A DNA stretch of 34,225 nt, from NCBI GenBank assembly GCA_035640195.1, contig DASQWP010000322.1:1-34225 (forward strand), read 5' to 3'. This stretch comes from Gaiellaceae bacterium (GTDB taxonomy: Bacteria; Actinomycetota; Thermoleophilia; Gaiellales; Gaiellaceae). The first letter of the stretch is position 1. The number at the start of each line of letters is the position of its first letter. Below the pieces are notes generated by a model that saw only the letters and a list, made by a program, of their open reading frames with translations, did not search any database and had not been told where the DNA came from. Positions 8,896 through 16,935 of the stretch are shown piece by piece. The translations under genes and the position numbers were made by a program.

Positions 8896-9462
8896 GTGCC
8901 CGAAGACGACGGCAAGCAGGATTCGACGGCCGACCTGCGGCGGCTGGTGGAGCGGGCGCAAGCCGGTGACCGCGCAGCCCTGGAGGAGCTCTACCTCCTC
9001 CATTTCGACCGGATCTACAGCTACCTGCACCTCACCGTCGGCAACCGACACGACGCCGAGGACCTGACGAACCAGACGTTCGTCAAGATGATCGAGTCGA
9101 TCGAGCGCTTCCAGTGGCGGACCGTGCCCATCTCGGCCTGGCTCTTCCGGATCGCGCACAATCTCGCCATGGACCACTTCCGCGCGGGCAGGCGCTGGCA
9201 GCCGGAGGAGGAGCCGCCCGAGCCGCCTGGGTTGACGGAGCGCTCCGCCGAGGAGGCCGCCTTCAACTCGATCGGGCGGAAGAGCATGCTGGCGATGATC
9301 GAGGAGCTCTCGCCCGATCAGCAGCAGGTGCTGACCCTGAAGTTCCTCTTCGGCTTCGCCAACGCGGACGCGGCGGCGATCCTCGGCAAGACGGAGGGGG
9401 CGGTGAAGTCGCTCCAGCACCGGGCACTCGCCTCTCTCCAGCGGCAGCTGGCCCCCTCCTGA
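8896..9462 (+). CDS. ECF-type RNA polymerase sigma factor
   Basis: Region 2 reads DAEDLTNQTFVKMIESIERF...AWLFRIAHNLAMDHFR. Region 4 reads LSPDQQQVLTLKFLFGFANADAAAILGKTEGAVKSLQHRAL. Confidence 0.85.
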   Translation: MPEDDGKQDSTADLRRLVERAQAGDRAALEELYLLHFDRIYSYLHLTVGNRHDAEDLTNQTFVKMIESIERFQWRTVPISAWLFRIAHNLAMDHFRAGRRWQPEEEPPEPPGLTERSAEEAAFNSIGRKSMLAMIEELSPDQQQVLTLKFLFGFANADAAAILGKTEGAVKSLQHRALASLQRQLAPS

Positions 9463-9463
9463 G

Positions 9464-10393
9464 GTGGCGCTCGAGGTCGGGATCGTCGGCCTTCCGAACG
9501 CGGGGAAGACAACCCTTTTCAACGCTCTCACCCACGCCGGCGCGACGGTGCCCGGCAAGGAGCACGTCGGCATGGCGCTGATCCCGGACGAGCGGCTCGC
9601 CCAGGTCGCAGCCGTCGTCGGCTCGCGCAAGGCGACTGCGGCTTCGATCCGGGTCGTGGACGCTCCCGGTTCCGGTGCTCGGCTCCTCGGCAGCCTGCGG
9701 GGGGTCGACGCCCTCCTCGCCGTGGCCGACGCCTGGTCGGGAACGCGGGAGGCCCGCGACGACCTCGCGTCGCTCGCTCGCGATCTGCTTCTCGCCGACC
9801 GCGAGCACGTCGAGCGCCGGCTCGAGCGCGTGCGCAGGGAGGCGAAGTCCGGAGACCCGAAGCCGAAGGAGGAGGCGGGCGAGCTCGAGCGAGTCCTCGC
9901 CCACCTCGACGCGGAGCGCCCGCTCTCCGACTACGACGGCGAGCTGCCCCCGGAGCTCGAGCCGCTGACGACGAAGCCCCTGCTCGAGGTCCTGAACGGC
10001 CCCGGCGGCCTCGACGCGAAGCTCGAGGCCGAGCTCGCCGAGCTGCCCGAAGGGGAGGCGGCCGCCTTCCGCGAGGGGCCCTCGGCACTCGGGGAGGTCG
10101 TGCGTCGCCTGTTCGACGCGCTCGACCTCGTCAGCTTCTTCACGGCGGCGGAGAACGAGGCCCGCGCCTGGACGTTCCGGCGCGGACAGACGGCGCTCGA
10201 CGCTGCGGCCGGCGTCCATTCGGACATGGCGCGGGGCTTCATCCGCTGTGAGGTCGTCGGCTGGGACGACCTCGTCGCCTGCGGCTCGCCTGCCGAGGCA
10301 GCTCGCCGTGGACTCGTGCGGCTCGAGGGGAAGGGGTATCCCGTCGAGGACGGCGACGTCCTCAAGATCCGCTTCAGCCCGCCCCGCTCGTAG
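9464..10393 (+). CDS. ychF: YchF/Ola1-like P-loop protein with a degenerate G domain and a C-terminal TGS domain
   Basis: The P-loop is GIVGLPNAGKTTLFNALT. The C-terminus is FFTAAENEARAWTFRRGQTALDAAAGVHSDMARGFIRCEV...GKGYPVEDGDVLKIRF. It starts 1 nt after the sigma factor stop. Confidence 0.8.
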   Translation: MALEVGIVGLPNAGKTTLFNALTHAGATVPGKEHVGMALIPDERLAQVAAVVGSRKATAASIRVVDAPGSGARLLGSLRGVDALLAVADAWSGTREARDDLASLARDLLLADREHVERRLERVRREAKSGDPKPKEEAGELERVLAHLDAERPLSDYDGELPPELEPLTTKPLLEVLNGPGGLDAKLEAELAELPEGEAAAFREGPSALGEVVRRLFDALDLVSFFTAAENEARAWTFRRGQTALDAAAGVHSDMARGFIRCEVVGWDDLVACGSPAEAARRGLVRLEGKGYPVEDGDVLKIRFSPPRS

Positions 10394-11072
10394 GGCGCGT
10401 GCGCCAGTCCTCGACGCGCGCCGTGCGGAGGATCAGGATGAGGCTCACGGCCAGGACCCAGGCGAGCCAGAGGAACGCCGGGACGAACAAGATCGCGAGG
10501 AGGAGGAGCGGAGCCACGACGAACCCCGCGAAGCTGAGCCAGCGTGGGAAGACGAGCGTTCGCAGAGCGACTATCGAGGTGGCGAGCACGAGCATCCCGG
10601 CCACCATGATCGAGCACGCGAACATGGCGTAACCGGCGTTCCCGACGATGTTGGCCGCGCTTGGGTTCACCTCGCGGAAGCTCTCCTCCCCGGCCGAGCC
10701 GGCGGGAGCGACGAAGAGGGAGACGGCGCCCAGGAAGAGCGCAGTGCTGGCGATGCCCGCCCCGTAGGCGAGAGCCGTCCAGCGGGCCACCTCGCCCTCG
10801 GCGCGAACGAGGATGCCGCGGAGACCGGCGAGGAACCAGAGGAAGGCGAGCCCCGCGGCGACGAGGACGAAGAAGATCGCGAACTCCTTCGCGCGGTTGC
10901 CCGCGTCGGCGTAGTAGGCGACGTGCTCCTCCGGCGAGTCGCCCGACCCCTCGCCCCCCAGGAGGATGCCGACGAGGAAGAGGACGACGTACACGACCCC
11001 GGAGAGCGGCCCCCAGCGCTGCCAGCGGTCGTGCACCCCCCCACTGTGGCCTCTGGGGCGGACGGAGCTCAT
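10374..11072 (-). CDS. hypothetical integral membrane protein (about 6 hydrophobic segments)
   Basis: Track ORF. It has repeated 20-aa hydrophobic stretches and I recognise no family motif. The ATG 11072-11070 lies inside an 11-bp hairpin. Confidence 0.6.
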   Translation of the reverse strand: MSSVRPRGHSGGVHDRWQRWGPLSGVVYVVLFLVGILLGGEGSGDSPEEHVAYYADAGNRAKEFAIFFVLVAAGLAFLWFLAGLRGILVRAEGEVARWTALAYGAGIASTALFLGAVSLFVAPAGSAGEESFREVNPSAANIVGNAGYAMFACSIMVAGMLVLATSIVALRTLVFPRWLSFAGFVVAPLLLLAILFVPAFLWLAWVLAVSLILILRTARVEDWRTRPTSGAG

Positions 11073-11092
11073 AGGCCTTTTGGCCTATGAGC
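11067..11092. repeat. perfect 11-bp stem hairpin/palindrome GCTCATAGGCC-TTTT-GGCCTATGAGC containing the start codon of the 10374..11072 gene
   Basis: Read directly from the sequence. It is homologous to the hairpin at 28213..28241 and differs by one compensated base pair. Confidence 0.85.
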
Positions 11093-11095
11093 GCG

Positions 11096-11124
11096 GGGAG
11101 CGAGCCGAAGGCGAGGGACGCTCA
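11096..11124. repeat. 29-nt exact repeat copy A, GGGAGCGAGCCGAAGGCGAGGGACGCTCA (minus-strand reading starts with the TGA stop of the 11122..11967 gene)
   Basis: Identical 29/29 to 28323..28351. Both copies give ERAEGEGRS in spurious track ORFs. Confidence 0.95.
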
Positions 11125-11967
11125 GTGCTCCGGGCTCACGGAACGGGTGGCGGCCACGGCGTCGAGCGCGTTCGCCTGGGCGAGCACCGCCGCCTCCGCC
11201 GTCCGGGCGGAGCGGGCCTCGTGGTGGACCGCGACGGCGTGCAGGACCTCCGCGAGCACCGACGACTCGAGGCCGTCGGCACGCTCCTCGATCAGGCGGA
11301 GCCCCAAGTGAACGTGGCCAAGCAGCTTGCCCTCGGTCGTCGGGAGGAAGAGCGGCCCGCGGTCGAGCTCCCGGACGCGGCCGATGTCGTGCAGGAGCGC
11401 AGCCGCGCCGAGCAGGTCGGCGCGCAGGCGCGGGTGAAGCTGCGTGGCCTCGCGGCAGAGCGTCGCCACCGCGACCGTGTGCTCGAGCAGCCCACCGGCG
11501 TAGGAGTGGTGGCCATCGACGGTGGCGGGCAGGATCCGAAGCTGCGCGCGCAGCTCGCCGTCGGCCACGACGCGGCCCACGAGCGCGCGGAGGCCGGGGT
11601 GGGAGATCTCGCCGGCGAGAAATTCGAAGAACCCGTCCAGCTCGTTCGTGTCGCGCCGCGGCTCGGGCACGAGCTCGGCTGCGTCCATCTCGGCCGGCTC
11701 GAGCGAGCGCACCTCGAGCTGGAGGCGGTCCCGGAACCGCTCCACGCGCCCGAGCACGCGCACGGCGTCTCCTTCGCGGAAGCGGCGGTCGAGCAGCTCG
11801 ACGTCGTTCCAGACCCGCGCCTCGATGCGCCCGCTCGGGTCGACGAGCTCGAGGGCGAGGTACGGGCTGCCCGCGCGGGTCCGCAGGCGGCGCTTGCGGG
11901 CGACTGCGTAGAGCCCCTCGACCACCCGGTCCTCGGCCAGCTGGGCGATGGGCGTCGCCACGCTCAC
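11122..11967 (-). CDS. YhaM-like protein: N-terminal OB fold plus HD-domain phosphohydrolase/3'-5' exoribonuclease
   Basis: The OB-like N-terminus reads LALELVDPSGRIEARVWND...GDAVRVLGRVERF. The HD region reads GGLLEHTVAV...LLHDIGR...LLGHVHLG...HAVAVHH. GTG start at 11967. Confidence 0.7.
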   Translation of the reverse strand: MSVATPIAQLAEDRVVEGLYAVARKRRLRTRAGSPYLALELVDPSGRIEARVWNDVELLDRRFREGDAVRVLGRVERFRDRLQLEVRSLEPAEMDAAELVPEPRRDTNELDGFFEFLAGEISHPGLRALVGRVVADGELRAQLRILPATVDGHHSYAGGLLEHTVAVATLCREATQLHPRLRADLLGAAALLHDIGRVRELDRGPLFLPTTEGKLLGHVHLGLRLIEERADGLESSVLAEVLHAVAVHHEARSARTAEAAVLAQANALDAVAATRSVSPEH

Positions 11968-11974
11968 CTGCCGG

Positions 11975-11980
11975 ATTCTA
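11975..11980 (-). promoter_or_regulatory. putative -10 box TAGAAT (minus strand), 7 nt before the GTG of the YhaM-like gene
   Basis: The reverse complement of attcta at 11975-11980. It lies in a 45-nt divergent intergenic region. Confidence 0.4.
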
Positions 11981-11997
11981 GGTCCCGGCTCGGCTGG

Positions 11998-12003
11998 TAG
12001 CCT
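11998..12003 (+). promoter_or_regulatory. putative -10 box TAGCCT, 9 nt before the ATG at 12013
   Basis: A TANNNT hexamer in the same 45-nt divergent region. Confidence 0.35.
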
Positions 12004-12012
12004 GGTGCCCCG

Positions 12013-13122
12013 ATGGCCCTCGTGAAGCCGTTCCGCGCCCTGCGCTACGACGCGGGCACGGCGGGGCCGCTCGACGAGCTCGTCTCACCTCCGCACGACG
12101 TTCTCACGCCCGAGCTGCACGCGCGCCTCCTCGCCGCCAATCCCTTCAACGCCGTCCGGCTCGTGCGCCCGGACGATCCCGAGGAGGCCGGCAGGACGCT
12201 CGCGGACTGGCGGGCCCGAGGGGTGCTCGTGCGGGAGGAGCGTCCCGCGGTGTGGCTCCTGGAGGAGCAGTTCGCGGGCTCCGACGGCGCCCCTCGGGTC
12301 AGGCGCGGGATCGTGGCGCGCGTCCGCCTCCAGTCCTACGAGCAGGGCGTCGTCCTTCCGCACGAGCGCACCTTCCCGCGCCAGAAGGACATACGGCTGC
12401 GGCTTCTCCGCGCCACGAGGACGAAGCTCTCGCCCGTCTTCCTCCTCCACGAGGGCGGGGCGCCCGCGCCGAGCGGCGCACCGCGGCTCGAGGCGGAGCT
12501 CGAGGGGGTGCGCAGCCGGCTCTGGGCCGTGGAGGACCAAGAGGCGATCGAGAGGATCGTCGCCGGCGTCCAGGGCCCCCTGGTCGTGGCCGACGGCCAC
12601 CACCGCTACGAGACGGCCCTTCGCTTCCACCAAGAGGAGGAAAGCGAGGAGAGTGCGTACGTCCTTGCCGTGCTCGTGAGCACGGACGATCCGGGCCTCG
12701 AGATCCTGCCCACGCACCGCCTGACGACGGGCGCCGTGCCCGAGCTCGACGGTGGGCTCCGCCTCACCGAGCTAGGAGCCGCGGACGACGCGCTGGCCGC
12801 CCTTCGGGCCGTGCCGCGCGAGCGGGGCGCATTCGTCCTCGTCGAATCCGGCCGGGCGCGGCTGGCGGAGGCGGACGGCCCCGGGCCGGACACGGAGGTC
12901 GTGGACCGGCTGCCCCTCGAGGGCGTCTCCTTCACGGCCAGCGCCGCCGACGCCGCCCGCGCGGTCTCGGCGGGCGAGGCGACCGCCGCCTTCCTCGTCC
13001 GCCCGCCGACTGTCGGCGACGTGGAGGCGGTCGCGCGGGCGGGCGGGCGCATGCCTCCGAAGAGCACGTACTTCTATCCCAAGCTGACGAGCGGGCTCCT
13101 CTTCGCGCCCTTCGACGAGTGA
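12013..13122 (+). CDS. DUF1015 family protein
   Basis: The N-terminus MALVKPFRALRY, together with ...HERTF..K...R and ADGHHRYETA, is characteristic of DUF1015. Confidence 0.75.
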   Translation: MALVKPFRALRYDAGTAGPLDELVSPPHDVLTPELHARLLAANPFNAVRLVRPDDPEEAGRTLADWRARGVLVREERPAVWLLEEQFAGSDGAPRVRRGIVARVRLQSYEQGVVLPHERTFPRQKDIRLRLLRATRTKLSPVFLLHEGGAPAPSGAPRLEAELEGVRSRLWAVEDQEAIERIVAGVQGPLVVADGHHRYETALRFHQEEESEESAYVLAVLVSTDDPGLEILPTHRLTTGAVPELDGGLRLTELGAADDALAALRAVPRERGAFVLVESGRARLAEADGPGPDTEVVDRLPLEGVSFTASAADAARAVSAGEATAAFLVRPPTVGDVEAVARAGGRMPPKSTYFYPKLTSGLLFAPFDE

Positions 13123-13934
13123 CGGACTGGCTCGGCGTCTGCCGCGACGCGACGGAGGCCGTGCGAGGCGTCCTCGCGGAGCTCCCGACGCGCCGCGAGC
13201 GCGAGCCGGCGATCGGCACCGGCGAGGGAGGCGACGAGACCACCGCCGTGGACGCCGCCGCGGAGGCGGCGGTGCTCCGCCGGCTGGAGGCCGCGCACGG
13301 CGAGGGGGCGGCGTTCACGCTCGTCTCCGAGGAGCTCGGCGAGCGCGTCTTCGGGGACGGCGCCGACGGGCTTCACGTGGTCCTGGATCCCATCGACGGG
13401 AGCCTGAACGCCAAGCGCGGCATTCCGTTCTTCTCCCTCTCCGTCGCGGTCGCGGCCGGGCGCTCCATGAGGGACGTCGAGCTCGGCTACGTCTACGACT
13501 TCGGGAGCGGCGAGGAGTGGGTGGCCCGCCGGGGCGGGGGCGCGTTCCTGGACGGCGAGCCGCTCGACGGGCCGGGCCCGAAGGAGGACCTCGAGATCCT
13601 CGCCTTCGAGGCGACGCGCACCGACCTCGTGGCCGAGCGCGTGGCGGCCATGGTCGGGCTGGCGTACCGGACGCGAATCATGGGCTCGCTCGCGCTCTCG
13701 CTCTGCCACCTCGCGGCCGGCCGCCTCGACGGAGTCGTCTCTCTGAAGCCGGCGCGAAGCGTGGACATCGCCGCGGCGCAGCTTCTCGTCCGCGAGCGAG
13801 GACTCGCCATCGACCTGCCGGAGGCGCCGCCCTTCGACGCCGCTCCCCTCGACGTCGCCGCCCGCTCCCGCGTGGTCGCGGCGGCCGGCCCGGAGATGGC
13901 GCAGGAGCTCTTCGCGCGCCTCAGCGGCGGCTGA
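13119..13934 (+). CDS. inositol monophosphatase / FBPase-family phosphatase
   Basis: This is the 3' 816 nt of track ORF 12252..13934. Motifs are LVSEELG, VLDPIDGSLNAKRG and SLALSLCHLAAGRLDG. Its GTG 13119 overlaps the DUF1015 TGA (GTGA). Confidence 0.85.
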   Translation: MTDWLGVCRDATEAVRGVLAELPTRREREPAIGTGEGGDETTAVDAAAEAAVLRRLEAAHGEGAAFTLVSEELGERVFGDGADGLHVVLDPIDGSLNAKRGIPFFSLSVAVAAGRSMRDVELGYVYDFGSGEEWVARRGGGAFLDGEPLDGPGPKEDLEILAFEATRTDLVAERVAAMVGLAYRTRIMGSLALSLCHLAAGRLDGVVSLKPARSVDIAAAQLLVRERGLAIDLPEAPPFDAAPLDVAARSRVVAAAGPEMAQELFARLSGG

Positions 13935-14520
13935 GCCGGCGCTCGAGGTTCGCCTTCACCTCGGGCCACTCGTCGTCGACGACTGCGTAGTAGGCCGAGT
14001 CTCTGAGCTCGCCGCCGCGGACGACCATGTGCTTTCGGAAGATCCCCTCGAAGCGGGCGGGAAGGGCCTCGAGCGCCGCGCGCGAGCGCTCGTTCCGCGC
14101 TTCGGTCTTGAACTCGACGCGCAGGCACCCGAGCTCCTCGAAGGCGTGGCGGAGGAGGAGGTACTTGGCCTCCACGTTGACGCCGGTCCCCCAGACGCGG
14201 CGCGCGTGCCAGGTGTGCCCGATCTCGAGGCCGCGGTGCTCGGGACGGAGCGTCAGGTAGCGGGAGCTCCCCACGGGCTCGCCGCCTTCCCGGAGCAGGA
14301 TGGCGAAGGGTGCCTCGCGCCCGTCCCGAGCGGCTCTCAGGGCGGCCTCGAGCCAGTCCTCGAACGGCTCCCGCTCGTGGGCGACGACGTGCATCCACCG
14401 CCAGATCTCGGCATCCTGGGCCGCGGCGAAGAGTCCCTCCGCGTGCGCGCGCGTGAGCGGCTCGAGCACGACGAGCCGTCCCTCGAGCCGCTCGGCCAGG
14501 CGCTCCCACACGCCGACCAT
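13921..14520 (-). CDS. GNAT family N-acetyltransferase (RimJ/RimL-like)
   Basis: Contains LEIGHTWHARRVWGTGVNVEAKYLLLRHAFEELGCLRVEFKT...N..S. I place the start at ATG 14520 (MVGVWERL). The longer track start at 14592 would overlap the upstream gene by 55 nt. Confidence 0.8.
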   Translation of the reverse strand: MVGVWERLAERLEGRLVVLEPLTRAHAEGLFAAAQDAEIWRWMHVVAHEREPFEDWLEAALRAARDGREAPFAILLREGGEPVGSSRYLTLRPEHRGLEIGHTWHARRVWGTGVNVEAKYLLLRHAFEELGCLRVEFKTEARNERSRAALEALPARFEGIFRKHMVVRGGELRDSAYYAVVDDEWPEVKANLERRLSRR

Positions 14521-14537
14521 TGTCGCGGGAGAGGGCC

Positions 14538-15530
14538 TCAGGCGTCGACGATGAAGACCGGCGTGCCGACTTCGACCCGCTCGAAGAGCCACTCGGCGTC
14601 CGCGATCTGCATGCGGACGCAGCCGTGGGAGGCCGAGTAGCCGATCGACGCGGCGTCGGGTGTCCCGTGGATGCCGACCGCGTAGACGTCGAGCCCCATC
14701 CAGCGCGTGCCGAGGGGGTTGCCCGGGCCCGGCGGGACCGGCGCGAGGCCCTTCGCCCAGCCGGAGGCCGGCGGGTACCAGGTGGGATTGCGCTGCCTGG
14801 TCACGATCTCGAAGGAGCCGAGCGGCGTCGGGAAGGACGGCTGCCCGGTGGCCACCCCGAACTTCTTCACCTTGCGCATTCCGTCGTAGAGCACGAGCTT
14901 GTGCGACTCCCTGCGGATGACGACGATCGGCCCTGCCGTCTCACGCGTCAGCTTCGGCACCGTTCTGCGCACGGGGAGCTCGACGGGCCCGCGGGCGTGC
15001 ACGTCGAGCGCCTGGGCGATCCGACGGGCCGCCTCCCTCTGCTGAAGGTCGAGGCCGGCCTGCGACTCGGTCACGAAAGGACGGGCGTCCCGGAGGAGGA
15101 CTCTCGAGTCGCGGGCATCGCGGTCGAGGCTTTCGGCGATCGCCTCGGCCCAGCGGCGCGCGGCGCTCCGGCTCTGGGAGACCTCGAGCGGGACGGTTGT
15201 GCCCGGCGGCGCGGCGAGTGCGGCCCGGACGGCTGCGTCCACGTCGGCTCGGGCCTCGAGGTCGGCCGGAGTCCGCTGCCACGACCGGCCGTCGTAGCCG
15301 ACGACCAGCGGTCGCGCGAACGCGTCCTCGACGGCGCTGCGAGCCTCCTCGGCCGTGAGTCCGCCCACGGGAGTCCCTGCGACGGTGACGCCGCGGGCGG
15401 CGACCATCGGGCTCGGCGCCTCGCCCGCGGGCGCGGCTGCGGCCGCGACCACGAGCCCCACGAGGACGAGGGCGAGGACGGCGGCGGCCCGCCGCCCTCG
15501 CCTGGCGCTCCTGTAGCGCCGGTAACTCAT
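14538..15530 (-). CDS. L,D-transpeptidase (YkuD domain) with N-terminal membrane anchor
   Basis: This is the 3' 993 nt of track ORF 14538..16229. The anchor is AAAVLALVLVGLVVAAAAA and the catalytic motif is IHGT...SIGYSASHGCVRM. ATG 15530 overlaps the upstream stop (ATGA). Confidence 0.9.
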   Translation of the reverse strand: MSYRRYRSARRGRRAAAVLALVLVGLVVAAAAAPAGEAPSPMVAARGVTVAGTPVGGLTAEEARSAVEDAFARPLVVGYDGRSWQRTPADLEARADVDAAVRAALAAPPGTTVPLEVSQSRSAARRWAEAIAESLDRDARDSRVLLRDARPFVTESQAGLDLQQREAARRIAQALDVHARGPVELPVRRTVPKLTRETAGPIVVIRRESHKLVLYDGMRKVKKFGVATGQPSFPTPLGSFEIVTRQRNPTWYPPASGWAKGLAPVPPGPGNPLGTRWMGLDVYAVGIHGTPDAASIGYSASHGCVRMQIADAEWLFERVEVGTPVFIVDA

Positions 15531-16933
15531 CGGCTCCTCCGGAGCGACTCGGCCACGCGGAGGAGGTCGGCGCGGCCGAGGTCGCCCGCGACGGTGACCA
15601 CGAGGTCGTCCGTCAGGGCCCAGAGGTGCGGGATGTTCCGCGGGACGATCAGAAGCTCCGCTTCGACGCCGGCGAGCGCTCCCCTGCCGAGCGTGACGCG
15701 CGTCGGGTCGTCGCGGAAGCCCTCGCCGGTGGCGAGCGGGTCGTCCCAGATGTCGGTTGAGTCCGGCACGTGCCGCAGGCGCGTCGTGACGAGGAGCTGG
15801 TCGAGGCCCCGCCGGTACGAGAGGGAGACGACGTCCGTCGAGAGCGGGTTCCCGGCCTCGGGCCCCGTCGGGAATCCGGGCCCGGGGTGGACGGCAACCT
15901 CGGCGAGCTCGTATCCCTCGGGCACGAAGTCGGGCACGAGCGGCGCGTAGCCGACCCGCTCGCCGGCGCGCTCGAGCGGCACGCGGCGGAAGCCCTCGTC
16001 GCTCCGCATGACCTCGATGCCGCGCGGGAACTCGAGCGTGAACGTGTCGGGCGGGAGGTCGCGGTCGACGGCGAGCCCCTCGATTCGAAGCTCGTCCAGC
16101 TTCCTCCCGTTCTTGCTCTCGACGACCCGTACCGGGATCCCTGTCTGCTGATCCACCGTGATCGCGAAGTGGTCGCCGGAGAACTCGGGCACGATCAGGT
16201 TCGGAGAAGCGTCCACCTCGAGGCGCCACGCGGGCCTGCCCTCGTAGACGACCTTCTCGACCCGCGGGTCCTCGGCGGCGAGCAACGCGCGCACGAAGGC
16301 GCCGAAGTCGCTCTGCAGGAGCGAGTTCGACGGTGCCGGGATCTCGTCCGGCGGCCCCGGCGCGGTCCCCCTGCGCACGTGCGCGAACAGGGTGTCGTCG
16401 CCCTCGATGCTCGCGCTCGGGTTGAGCGAGCGCTGGACTCCCTCGGAGGCGTCGTAGGCGAGGTTGTCCTCGCGCGTGAGGCCGGTCAGGCGGAAGTCGC
16501 CCTCCGCCGTGAGGACGAAGCGCCAGCGCTGCGGCTCCTCCCAGCCGTAGGCGTTCTCGTAGCTTCGGCCCTCGACGACGAGGATGCCGCTCAGGTTTTG
16601 CACCGTCGCGAGCGCGGCCCGTACCCGCTGCTGGATCTCGGCCGCGCTGGCCGGCTCGACGATGACGGGAACCGTCCCCTCGCCGGAGCGGACGATGTCG
16701 TACGCGACGAACGCGAGCGCGCCCACGGCCGCGACTAGGGCGGCTCGGGCGCCCCAGCGCGCGCGCGACCGGCGGGCTCGCGCCCGGCGGCGCCTGTCGT
16801 CGATCCGCGCCACGCGCTGCTCGGCCAGCCGCGTGTGGAGCTCCGCGTAGAACTCCGGCCCGTGCTCGGGAACGTCGAGCTCGCGCAGCGCGGCGCCGAG
16901 CTCGTGATCGCGGTACGTCTCCCTGCCCTTCAT
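15527..16933 (-). CDS. single-pass membrane protein with large extracytoplasmic domain, probable anti-sigma/sigma-partner protein
   Basis: It starts at ATG 16933 (MKGRETYRDHELG), 2 nt after the ECF sigma stop. It has about 60 cytoplasmic aa, an Arg-rich stop-transfer segment, the TM helix ALVAAVGALAFVAYDIV, and then about 385 aa outside. There is no HxxxCxxC zinc motif. The function is inferred from position only. Confidence 0.5.
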   Translation of the reverse strand: MKGRETYRDHELGAALRELDVPEHGPEFYAELHTRLAEQRVARIDDRRRRARARRSRARWGARAALVAAVGALAFVAYDIVRSGEGTVPVIVEPASAAEIQQRVRAALATVQNLSGILVVEGRSYENAYGWEEPQRWRFVLTAEGDFRLTGLTREDNLAYDASEGVQRSLNPSASIEGDDTLFAHVRRGTAPGPPDEIPAPSNSLLQSDFGAFVRALLAAEDPRVEKVVYEGRPAWRLEVDASPNLIVPEFSGDHFAITVDQQTGIPVRVVESKNGRKLDELRIEGLAVDRDLPPDTFTLEFPRGIEVMRSDEGFRRVPLERAGERVGYAPLVPDFVPEGYELAEVAVHPGPGFPTGPEAGNPLSTDVVSLSYRRGLDQLLVTTRLRHVPDSTDIWDDPLATGEGFRDDPTRVTLGRGALAGVEAELLIVPRNIPHLWALTDDLVVTVAGDLGRADLLRVAESLRRSR

Positions 16934-16935
16934 CT

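Noticed and set aside
12252-13934. A 560-aa track ORF read as a single gene.
   Set aside because: Its first about 290 codons are an off-frame reading of the DUF1015 gene. Only the part from GTG 13119 onward matches the IMPase family.
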